A DNA stretch of 64,000 nucleotides from Raillietiella orientalis (Eukaryota), in contig JAYWIR010000007.1 in the NCBI GenBank assembly GCA_036172245.1, positions 4,898,001 through 4,962,000 of the forward strand. Reading direction: 5' to 3'. Below the pieces are notes generated by a model. That model was not told the origin of the DNA. It saw only the letters and a list, made by a program, of their open reading frames with translations, and ran no database searches. The first letter of the stretch is position 1; each line of letters starts with the position of its first letter. The translations under genes were made by a program, and so were the position numbers. This document shows positions 53,628 to 64,000 of this stretch, piece by piece.

Positions 53628-56600
53628 TGCTGTTTACTTATAACTTGCCCTCTCGGGGCACACAAAAATTGCCGCGGCAGTACTTTGTTGTTGTTGTAGT
53701 TGGGTAGTTGCTTCGCTCCTGTCCTCGCTGAAGGCTCAGTGGCTCAAAGGATCGGTTCCCTCACCCCGACCCCCAGAATTGTTTTGCACTGAACTCCCGC
53801 CACCAACTCGAAGAACTCGCTTGTACTTTGTTTTCCTTGCTTGCTGTTTCCAAAACTGTTTCCAAACCGAGATTTCCTCGTCTTCCTGAGCCAACGAGGC
53901 CGCGTCATCCGGTATTTCTGCCTTGAAACGACCGCAAACAGCACACAAAATTCACCTGAACGCACCGGTGCGCACCGAAGGGAAAACACGTCCGTTCGAG
54001 GCAGCCAAAAGAGAAGCCGCCCGCGGGAGCCACAAAAAGACGTCGGAACCCGCGACCCGAGCGAGTTGCGAAGGCAACCGTCCGGTCCGAAGGCAGGCGT
54101 GCGGGTTGTGGCGAACTGGGCGCTTCGCGGACGTGTGCTTTCGCTGGCAGGGCCGTACTCGCGCGTGCCATGGCGCGCCAGCTTGACGGCGACCGTCGCC
54201 CTCCGGAAGGCGAACAGGAGCACCGATCCGCCTCTTGGCGTACGCTTTACGCGTACAGCATGCTCACGCACCTCGCACACCCGGCAGGCGAACGCGCGGA
54301 CTGTGTCCCCGCAGGGCACGCACCCGTGACCGGCGGAGCGTGTTCGTCAAGAACGCTGCCCACCGCGCCTGCGCCGTTGCGCAACAGCGCAGCCACGCAC
54401 ACACGTCCACGCGGAGCAGCTCGCGCGACTGCCACCAGCCATGCTCGCAAAGGCGGCGACCATCTTGTCCTCCCGGGAAGTTGCCCACAGCCAACTGTGA
54501 CTGCCTGGGACGATCAAAGGAAGGACGGCAGACGCCTCGGTCGGCAAAGGCCCTCGGTGCCCGACATTTGCATATCGTGCGGGGAAGAGAAGGAGGCAAC
54601 GATGGAGGGCAACGCGCAGAGATCGAGGGGAGAGGTCAGGCTCCTCGTTACACCCGTAAGGCTGATGGCTTCGAAAACGCCGGACAGCCAACTTCAAGGT
54701 GAACATCGCGCGACTACGTTGGGTCGACGCTGCTATCGATATCATCTCTCATTATGGGACTAGCACTGTGATCCTGTCTTGGGTTGCTGCCAACACTTTT
54801 TTGCTTGAGAGCCCTACACGTCTGTGAGCACGATTGCGGTTAAAGACTTTCACAGGTGGTGTGGAGATTCCGATGGCGGTGCGCAGCAAGAATCGCTACG
54901 ATTTCCCGACGAAATTGACTCTTCTTCCTCTTCCGGATGCTGTTCTCGCTTCCCTGGAAACTACAAGAAAACGTTCGAGTGTGGAACACTGCAGCCACAG
55001 GCCCCGCAGAATCAGGTTGATGGAATACGTCTGCCACTACTACTGCTGTCGTCAGCACAGAGAAGTGCTTTGAGGGAACGTCACCGACGCAACCGCCGGA
55101 TAGACGCTGAATGCAAATCCTCGAGTTGGCGCGTTCAACATTCAAGAAGGAAGATTTCCGAATGCGAGTGGCTCTCAGAGGTGCTTTCGCGGATTGCTGC
55201 CGTTGTTGGTGCTTTGGTGCCTTTTCCCGAGATGCTGCCGTTCCGTAATGAAGCAATTTCCTAAGGAGCATTTGTGAAAATCACAGCAACAGCGTCGCTC
55301 CATGCCGCCACGATCCCGCGTAGGCAGCATACGTCACGTGGAATGCCAACCACCATCCACCCTACTGCCTGACCTAGCGAGCGACGTGTTTCAGGTCCTG
55401 GGGCTGGACTGTGTTTTACCGCATGCCGGTGTCTCCTTCAGCCCACGGACGACACGCGTTCTTTCACTGCACTTTTGGTTCTCTCCGCAACAGATGAACT
55501 ACGGTTTCGTCCTCGTCAAGTTCAGACTTTTGGCTTTTTCTTTTTCTGCATCCATTTTGAAGTATCCTAAGAACACCGAATACTGCGAGACGGAAAACCG
55601 TTGCGCTTGCTCCATTGACACGCGATCGACATGGTACGGAGCGGCGACCTGAACGAAAGATGTAACCAAGTGGAGTGTTCCCTGTAGGAACAGTTCTCAG
55701 CTGTCCTCCTCTCTGGATGAGCACACTCATCCTATCGGTCGCGCCAGCAAGGAGGCGCCCGCATGTACCAGCTTGCACGGAACGAACAGAGAATCGACGT
55801 CTGCACAGCAGTACCAAAAAGAGTCGATTCTTTGGTAGTGCAACTTTAGCTCTGGCAGTGGTTCGATCGGGGGCAGCCGTGCGAGCAGAGTGCATGGCCG
55901 CTTCTTTCGAGCGTGGTCTCGTAGCGGTCGTCGCCCTCTCTTCTTCACCGGTGCGAAAGAGGTGCCATCGTCACGTGAGTTTAGGTACAGCATCGATTCC
56001 TGTGCTGCTCGCGCCACTCGAGACTGATGGATGAACCCACTGGAGAGTGCTTCACTCAGACCGACCTACCCTAAGAGATGCCACCCTGAAAAAGAATTCG
56101 AAAACGCATCCTTTTGGCGAACATCCGACGGGTGCACCGTGGACTGCGCACCACTCACCAGCATCGTGCTCACGAGCCTGCTTGCCGTTGTTGCAGGCGA
56201 GGAGGATGCGTTCCTCCGAAGGACCGTGTGTCTCCGGGAACTGCTGCCGTGCTGAAGAAGAAATTCGACGCCAACCGCGCCATTTCCGATCGTCGCAACT
56301 CACATGTGCTGCGTTGCAGAATGCGTGCACTGACGCGGACGGTGGGAGGGGGGGGGGGAGATGGCGCGTGCACGCTTCACGAAAACGGACACATGGTACG
56401 GATGGATGGTACACACGCCGATAGACGAAAGCGTGAAGCAGCAAGTCAACCAGCGGGGTCGATTCTTTGCGAGAATCGGGAAAAAGAAAACGAGGTTTCC
56501 GCAAAAGGCTGCAGTCGGGTTGTTTGGCAGGTTTGCGTGCACCACTGTGCACACCACCGGGATGAACGGGCACCCGCCGAACGCGTTGCACGAGAGCGTG

Positions 56601-56964
56601 CTCGGTGGATTGCGTGACGTCAGCACGGATTGTTTGGCAACCATTCTTGTTGCTTAGCAATGGAAAGTTTTTCTTGAAGCGTCTGTTGATTCTCGGATCG
56701 ACCTCGTGGGTTTCGTGGAGCAATCGGAGCATCGCACTGCTGCTGAATCCATTGCTCATCTACTTGGACGTTGCTTGTTACTCGGGAAGATCGTAGAAGG
56801 TAGCGAATCTCATCCGCAAGTAATTCGCTTCTCTGCGTATCCACAGCCTCGGATTCGCTTCCCAATCTAAACGGGAAGCGATTGTTATCCCTCTCCATTT
56901 TCTGCGCATCTGGTGTATCCTGCGTCAGGGGCATTGCAGAAGATTTGTCGACTCGAGGACCCGG

Positions 56965-58575
56965 TTGCGTCGAGAGAGCGGAAAAGCTGTTCGACAAGCA
57001 GAGCTGAGGATCGGTAAGATGAATGCGACCTTCTTGAGACTGTGCATGACTCATGACTTGTGCATGACTCCCAGGTCGAGTGCGTCCTATTTGAAAAGCA
57101 TTGCGCTCAGCTTGCATTCGTCCAGGACAATCTCCCTGTGGCTGGGGCAGGCGGAACCCCATTGCCCGGAGAGCCAAGCTTGCAATCGGACAGAGGACAG
57201 CCAGGTACCGTTCGGAAAACCGTCTCCGGTTTTTGCCGTTCCTTCTCAGCAAACGGAAGAGGATTGGCCTTTCAAGATGGATGCCAACTCCAGAAGGTGG
57301 CATTGGTCCACTCCGGAGATGGACGATCGGAAGTGGAATGGAATGCAGGTAAGAGGGAGCAGCGAAGGCGAGGACACGCTGTGTTTGGAGGAAACTTCCC
57401 CGGAGGCGCGAGAAAGCAGGTGGTTCTCCAAAAGAAAACTGACGGCGGCAGAGAAGGAGAGCCTGAAAATCCAAAAGCGAAATAGGGATGCCATCCGATG
57501 TGCGAGGAGAGACCAAAAGAAGTTGAATGCTAAGCTGATGAAGCTAAAAAAGAAGGAAGAAAAACAGTTTCCGAAACGCAAAACGGAGCAGGATGAGGAA
57601 GGTCCAAAGTGGAAAAGTTGGGATTGGTCCACTTCGGAGATGGACCATCGCAAGTGGAATGGGATGCAGGTAAGAGGGAGCAGCGAAGGCGAGGACACGC
57701 TGTGTTTGGAGGAACCTCCCCCGAAGGCGCGAAGAAGCAGGTGGTTCTCCAAAAGAAAACTGACGGCGGCAGAGAAGGAGAGCCTGAAAATCCAAAAGCG
57801 AAATCGGGGAGCCATCCGATGTGCGAGGAGAGATCAAAAGAAGTTGAATGCTAAGCGGAGGAAGCAAAAAAAGAAGGAAGAAAAAGAGATTGCGAAACGC
57901 AAAAAGAAGCAAGATGAGGAGGGTGAGAAGCAACGCAAGCAGCATGGCGTGGAAAAGCCAAAAGCTCAGGCCCAGAGGAACACGGCAGAAGAGGGAGCTG
58001 CGAAAAGCGAAATTGTCCCGGGGGAAGAGGAAGGAGCTGCAGGAACCAGCAGTGCTTTGAGGGAAGATGGTGGACGCAGCAAGGCGCCGAACAAGCGATT
58101 CTCATCACGTGGATTCATGGCTTGCCTTCTACTGTTCAAGCACAAGAAAACGTTGGAAGAGGTGGCATTGCCCTGCTTGGGAAGTAACCAGCAAACGAAC
58201 CCGGAGGGTTCGTCCAGAACGCAAACCGGGAACGCAAGCAGCAGGAATGTGGCACGGGAGAAGCAATTAGCCGGTTTTCCTCAGGTCTACGGGGCGGGAT
58301 TTGAGGAAAATGCGGACAGCGACCCCGATATTTGGAGAGCGGCGGTCAATTCCCCGGAAATCACACCGTCTCGAGGAAGCGGAGATATCGGCAGAGGCGG
58401 CGTCCTCGAACCCCTGACAGAAGGACCATCCGAAGATGCGTTCTTCATCAGTCGAGGAGTGCAGTGCGGCGGTGCGGAATCGTTCCATCGGTGCGCGCGA
58501 GGTTGGTCCAATCGGTTTTCCTTTCTGCGGGCCCACCCATGCGGAGATTCCACGTCCCGCGCGTCGCTCATTTGA
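56965..58575 (+). CDS. Unknown K/R/E-rich protein with a 107-aa tandem duplication (true start and splicing uncertain)
   Basis: 536 open codons; the repeat preserves frame. Candidate 45-nt intron 57205-57249 and candidate terminal exon 58617-58804 followed by AATAAA. Confidence 0.55.
   Translation: MRRESGKAVRQAELRIGKMNATFLRLCMTHDLCMTPRSSASYLKSIALSLHSSRTISLWLGQAEPHCPESQACNRTEDSQVPFGKPSPVFAVPSQQTEEDWPFKMDANSRRWHWSTPEMDDRKWNGMQVRGSSEGEDTLCLEETSPEARESRWFSKRKLTAAEKESLKIQKRNRDAIRCARRDQKKLNAKLMKLKKKEEKQFPKRKTEQDEEGPKWKSWDWSTSEMDHRKWNGMQVRGSSEGEDTLCLEEPPPKARRSRWFSKRKLTAAEKESLKIQKRNRGAIRCARRDQKKLNAKRRKQKKKEEKEIAKRKKKQDEEGEKQRKQHGVEKPKAQAQRNTAEEGAAKSEIVPGEEEGAAGTSSALREDGGRSKAPNKRFSSRGFMACLLLFKHKKTLEEVALPCLGSNQQTNPEGSSRTQTGNASSRNVAREKQLAGFPQVYGAGFEENADSDPDIWRAAVNSPEITPSRGSGDIGRGGVLEPLTEGPSEDAFFISRGVQCGGAESFHRCARGWSNRFSFLRAHPCGDSTSRASLI
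57298..57924 (+). repeat. Two-copy tandem repeat, period 321 bp
   Basis: ATTGGTCCACT starts at 57302 and 57623; both copies encode W.WST.EMD.RKWNGMQVRGSSEGEDTLCLEE...RWFSKRKLTAAEKESLKIQKRNR.AIRCARRDQKKLNAK...QDEEG. Confidence 0.95.
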
Positions 58576-61500
58576 ACCCGCACACTCATGGACGATGTTG
58601 CTTCTCTCCATTGCAGAGAAAAGCTGGCAAAGAATTTTCGCGGCGTTAGAATCCATCGTGGGACGGTTGGAGGATGCAGCTATCAGGCTGGAGGCTGCTT
58701 CAACAACGGTGGACCAGAGTGGAGAGGAAGGGCACGGGTCGGCTTGCGGATGCCCAACTCCAGAAACCCTGAGTGTCGGAATCCCGGAAGAATATGAGGA
58801 ATAAATAGATGTTCTATCGAAACAGATAAATGCATTATATACACTATTGTATTATATATTATTATTATATACGGATATAAGTTATTCTAATATGTTTCTA
58901 GATAGATATGCGTGCGAATGTTCGTTGTAATGTACATTCATGTGTGTGTAGTATACAGAGTATCAAAGATTACCAATTGGACTTTGGATGCCTCTTATGT
59001 AGCCTGGGGATTGTGGTGAGGTCGCACGTTGCCGTTGGACGTACACGATCTCCACAAGACAAAGTTCAAATGTCGTTTTGCATCCCGTTGAGCAGCAGAG
59101 CGTCGCTGCTGTGTATCCTAGCAAAAACTTACAATTTCAATAAGAAACTTACAATTCCCTGTTCAGGTCGTGGTTCTCTTGGGCGTGAGGACCATAAATC
59201 ACATTCCGTTCCGTGAGCTTTCTTCTGAAGCATTGCTGAACGAAAGAAATCTCTTTTACCGTGGAACTCCAGCACTTTCAGAAGTTCCAGTCTGACCTCG
59301 GGTTCTTCGAAGAGTTGCGTAGAGACAAGGAAAGATGGAATCTGATGAAGATGGGTGTGCGTATCAAATTTTCAGTTACTCACGAAATCCCTTGTACGCT
59401 GTTTTTCTGTACGAATTGGTTTTCTATCCCTTCCGTGCATGATGGTTTTAAGAAATAAGAATGCCTTTGTTTGGACCTCGTTTTCCAGAGACGCTCATTG
59501 TCTCGGCGATGTGCTAAATGATAAGTGCGTAAGGGAAAAAGCTGACTGCCGTAGGCATTTCTTTTTCAAAGAACAACAACTCGTAAGAAAACGGATGACA
59601 GAACGGAGCCTTTCAGTTTCTGTTTCGATAACTGAAGAAGTGGTATTTCAAGAAATCGACACCCTCACTTGGTGATCATTTTTTGATGCGTGCGTGTTCG
59701 TGTTTTTTGATACGTCCCGCATGCAGTGGAGGGGAATGCAATTTGCATACACATACACAGCAGCACGTGGTCAAGTCACTTCCTGTATCATGGCCGAGCG
59801 ATAGAGAACTATTCTTGCTCGCTTCCTCAAGGAAGAATGCCTCCCTGTAGGAAAGGAAAGCCTGAAAGAAACTACCAGCATCCCAACTCACTGCCCACTC
59901 TACTGGAAGGTTTTCCTGGAGACGAGGTTCCAGGCGAGCTTCTCGGTGGGACGCAAGCCGGACAAGACGAACTTCCCTGATCCTGCAAAGGATTCAAAGC
60001 CACGACGTAGAAATTTCTGGATGCAACAGCTAGCGGATGACGGAGGGTGTCCAGCACATGCCAGATCGCGCAGTGGCTTGGCGGCTGCGGCCAAACGCCC
60101 GTCACTCGAAAACCTTTCTGCCCATTGGTCGAAATAACAGCCAACAACTAATATTGCTTCCTAATGTAGGTGTTCATTTCATTTCATAGGTAGTTCGAGG
60201 GACTAAATCCCTAAACTGCAAGCAAGCAAAAGTTCTAACCTTTCGAAAAGGGGAACCAGTGGAGGAGACTTGCATTGCCGAGGATTAGAAGCTCGAAGAA
60301 TCAAAAGGGCGGAGTAAACGGCGTTCCAAATGATCGACTTGTGCCGTCGTCGCCATTATTCCTAGGAAGCAGTCTTTAGAATGCTACCACGTTGATTGCG
60401 CCAAAAGTTAACCCACCCTCAGGTAGCAGAGCTTGAAATTTGAGGGATGTTGATCCATCGGCTGTGTCGGAGGGACGTTGTCTTTGACGAAAAGATTGCA
60501 AATGCGGTAGATCTGAGGCTCTCAAGTCAACCCAACAACCAGGGCATTGCTGATTGGTCTTAGCCTCACAATAGTGCTTTGCTTTCGTGCACAATTCTTT
60601 GTGAGAAATGTTCCCTTGTCGTCCATGCTCGTGGGCACGACTCTCAGATGACACACAAACCCCAAGTATCCTTTAACTGCACATGAGTCTACAAGTAGCA
60701 GGTGAGTAGGGGCTTAGGTTTTCAATGTCTTGAGGTATTTTCAATGTCTAGCACAAGTGTGAGATGGTCTTCAACTCTGAAGAATCTGCGTTGCATGCTT
60801 GGTGTGAATTTAACTCAAAGGAAAACAGCGTTTACTGCGTATTTCATAAATTAAAGCTCAAAGACGATTGAGACAATAATCAGACAGGAATAAAAACGAA
60901 GAAACGAAATTTCAAGAGATCAAAACAATAAGTTTTCAGGTTTCAAGTAAATGCTTTCAAGAAGTGCGTTTAAAATGCAAAATCACTGCTAACAAATTTC
61001 TCCTGTGAAAGGAACTAAATCCAAATCATGTGCCAATTACTGGTACACGAAAACATTAGGGAAATAAAAATCATGACCAAGGAGATTGAGAATTTATTAT
61101 TAATATTTTAAGGAACCACTTTCGCCTTTCAGATCATAGCTCATAGTTATTCTCCTGTTCGTGCTCATCCGACATTTGGGCTCATGCAAGAGTTCATCCC
61201 TTTTATCACATTTCACTCATCACTGATGACTAGTGGTAGACCTCTCAACAAACTTGAGCACTTATCAAGACATTCTAGTTTTTTTTTTTTTTCTTAAAGT
61301 ACACCTTTATCATGCTTTAATCATCTGAGAGATTTTCGTATGGCTACAAATTAGTTAGTACATCAGGTTATGTACAATATGGATCATGCTGAGCCTTGAA
61401 TTTTTCTTATAATCCTACCCTCACAGGTTTAAGGCTCACTTCTGAGGTATTTTGGATCATAAATGAGTCAAGCTTTAAGGAAACTTTCCCATAAACTTCT

Positions 61501-63259
61501 GGCCTTGAAGTTCAAGGAGAATTGATTTCCTGTTATTGTCTTTATCCACACTTCACGGGCCTTATGGGTGAACCTATAGCGATTTCTGAAAACGTCTATT
61601 GGGATTGAACATATTTAGGAGGCTTTCCTTAAGACGTTTGAAAGTTTGTATTCCACAGCGGGAGTTACACTGCATTCAAATACTACCGAATAAGAGGACA
61701 TTTGTAGAAAGTTTTTCCTTCAAGCAATAATGTTTCTAGTTGCACTTTTTCCTCTTCTGCATCCAGACAGCTATGTTTGATGGTGTGAATAATTTAACGA
61801 AAGAAAAAGTCCTTTAGGCTTCCATGGATCAAGAAAATGACGTAATAAAAATGCTGAATTACCATCATCTGATCGTTGGCAGATATGTGCAAAGAAAAAA
61901 AAGCAATGAATCTTCGGACATCCTACACATTATAGCTAAATTAAAATTTGCGTCGGTGCCACCTTAATATTATTATTAGTATTTAGGAGTGTATTAGTAA
62001 TTAGGAAGTACACAAATGAATATAGCCAACATCAATGATTTTTGTTTTTCTCACTGATTATCTTGTCCTTAGTCCTATTATCCGTTATTCATTAAATGCA
62101 ATAATAGTAAAAGCTCAAAAACTGATACTGAGAAAAGTGAAACTGTTATACACGTTTTTATAGCTTAATAAAAAAAATTGTTTCAAAGCATGAGATATCA
62201 AAATTAGCGCATGACATAAATAAGAAATATTACAAGGGTTTTGAAAATATTGGCCAATTTGAAATCAAGTTGGAAGATCATTTTGCCACTATACTGTTAA
62301 ATATAGAAAGAGGTCTGTTTATGTATGCATTACGCCTGAAATTCCTCATTGAAAATTTTTTCCTTATTATCGTTGATAAAAATCAACCAGGTTTCTTACT
62401 GAGTCTTCAATTTGTATAAATACTGCTACTCAGAAAGATTTATCTCAGCTGTTAATTATCAGGAAATGAATGGATATTTCAGAATAAATTCATGTTTGAA
62501 AATGTCAAATAAAATCAGATGTTAGAAAACACATGTATATATTCAATAGTAAGAAATATATGTATGTTTATGTAAGAAGGTCATGTTTTTTTTTCAAATT
62601 AATGAATGTGACTTGGCTGTTCCATAATTAATCAGTGAATTTTAATAGTCGGCTAACTAATAATTGGCCTGATTTGTATCTTTAGCGGAACCTTGAAACT
62701 CCCAGAAAGATACTAAGAATGCTAATGGCATTCTTAGTATGATCACCAAAGGGCAGTATTGTCTTCTAGGTATCTCTGTGTGTAAACTTTCATGCTTTAA
62801 AATCTATTTTCCCTTTTAGAAAGAGTTTGAAAACATAATGGGAATGAATGTTCTAAACTTATATATTCGTATTTTGCTTCCTTATTTCAAAGCAAGGCAT
62901 TGCTTTCTGCGGTACTGTTGTAGCCTGGAGGAATTTTTGTGCCTTCATCGAATCTTCCGCCGATCTTCAGCTTCCCTCAGTTGCATGCAATTCGACTGGC
63001 AAAGAGCGTGGGGCTCAGCGACCCTTCACGTGCAGCCTGGAGTTAACCAGAATAGTGCTGACGAAGAATGACTTGATCATAAATTCTGGTAGTGGTTTCT
63101 ATTATGTTCAAAATAGATGAACAGTAGTGAAGTCGAAAGCACGCATTAATTAAATTGTATTTTTTGGATCTCAAAATGTTTGCTTTGAAAAGTAAGAATC
63201 CATATAAAATGTTACTGTCATTTGTGGATTCGTTGATGGTGAAATCGTGTGCTAGTAAG

Positions 63260-64000
63260 ATGTTTTCGTTTTGCATGGGAATCATAACAAGAAAACCAAA
63301 AGTTAAAGCAGATGTACTTGTTAACCGTAAAAGGCCGTATTGCAACAGAAATATTTTAAAATTACATGAAAGAGGTTTAATCTCAGAAATATTTCCAGAC
63401 AACAGGTAATGCACTCCCCTGTTAACTGCTGAAGTGTATTTGTTTTAGTAATGATTTTATAAATCATTTGGTTGGCAGTCCTCGGTGTTTTTATGCAGGC
63501 TTTGATGCAACAGCAGATAGTTTACATTTAGGTAACCTCTTAGTGCTTATTGCCCTGATTCATTGTCAAAGAGCGGGACACCAAGTTATTGTGGTGGTAC
63601 ATTTTAAATGTAACTCTCAAGAATTGTATTAAGAGCACTTTAGATCGGAGAGAGCACAGCTCAGATAGGAGATCCCAGTGGTAAGATGTCTGAGCGGAAA
63701 CATCTGATGGATGAAGAAGCCCTAACTAATGCAAGGTTGCTCGAGAAACAGGTCTATGGGATTTTTGAAAATCATGAAAATCTTAAGTGGAAAAATTGTA
63801 CAGAAGATAAATTGATTCCCTTGAGGTTTTGTATTTTTTTAAATGTCATCCTTTTTAAGAAAATTTTTTAGTATATTGAACAATAGCAGTTGGTATAAAA
63901 GGTTTGAAGTTATGGATTTTTTGCATACTGTTGGTTCCCATTTAAGAATGGGTTCCATGATGTCACGTTCTAGTGTCAAAAATAGATTAGACAGTCCTGA
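63260..64000 (+). CDS. YARS2: Mitochondrial (bacterial-type) tyrosyl-tRNA synthetase, 5' part
   Basis: Exons ~63260-63405 ([12 protein letters not shown]), 63449-63596 ([21 protein letters not shown] motif), 63644-63825 ([17 protein letters not shown]), 63872-end ([28 protein letters not shown]). Start codon uncertain. Confidence 0.93.

Larger units (their letters stand above)
48252..54016 (-). mobile_element. Near full-length Tx1/L1-like non-LTR retrotransposon, inactivated
   Basis: ORF1 with three CCHC knuckles, then ORF2 with APE endonuclease, RT and a C-terminal zinc finger. AATAAA/A-rich 3' end at ~48252-48268; 5' UTR with CGGACGTGTTTT (53994-53983). Clearly more GC-rich than the host DNA. 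No TSD found. Confidence 0.92.
54050..58880. other. GC- and CpG-rich block of unknown origin, adjoining the retrotransposon 5' end
   Basis: Composition similar to the adjacent LINE and unlike host DNA. Ends abruptly at TAA/AATAAA (~58800) followed by TA-rich low-complexity sequence. No RT, transposase or integrase motif recognised. Confidence 0.7.

Noticed and set aside
48322..56800. Dozens of overlapping ORFs on both strands
   Set aside because: Expected in GC-rich DNA; most are antisense or off-frame shadows of the LINE ORFs, and those at 54-56.8 kb show no recognisable domain.
48252..58880. GC-rich island as bacterial contamination or a chimeric join
   Set aside because: Content is a eukaryotic LINE plus intron-like signals, and a decayed same-family copy sits in adjacent host DNA. 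Not formally excluded without reads.
61080..61750. Possible Tc1-like transposase remnant on - strand
   Set aside because: Only faint motif echoes and no TIRs found; cannot be supported.
1..64000. tRNA, rRNA, snRNA or spliced-leader RNA genes and CRISPR arrays, including as LINE target sites
   Set aside because: No such signatures were recognised by eye; a covariance-model scan would be needed to exclude divergent ones.

Overview
Eukaryotic, AT-rich invertebrate genomic DNA with many very short (about 40-50 nt) GT-AG introns; the species cannot be determined from the window alone. Host genes, left to right: rabenosyn-5 (- strand, probably running off the left edge), POLR3E/RPC5 (+), a centrobin-like coiled-coil gene (-), KIN17 (+), and the 5' part of mitochondrial tyrosyl-tRNA synthetase (+, running off the right edge). 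The best accessory find is a 778-bp captured piece of a CRESS-DNA virus (14916-15693). It carries the SF3-helicase half of Rep on the - strand and what looks like the converging C-terminus of a capsid gene on the + strand, with a poly(A) signal on each strand, and it is bracketed by a 102-bp direct repeat. The right third holds two same-family Tx1/L1-like non-LTR retrotransposons in tandem (one heavily decayed, one near full length). The younger one sits head-to-head with a GC-rich block of about 4.8 kb containing an unrecognised 536-codon ORF with a 107-aa tandem repeat, followed by a CAP-like RLE motif. Introns hold decayed mariner and RT remnants, twin hairpins with an identical loop, a duplicated KIN17 exon and several local-duplication scars. 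All exon structures were read by eye; no database searches were run.
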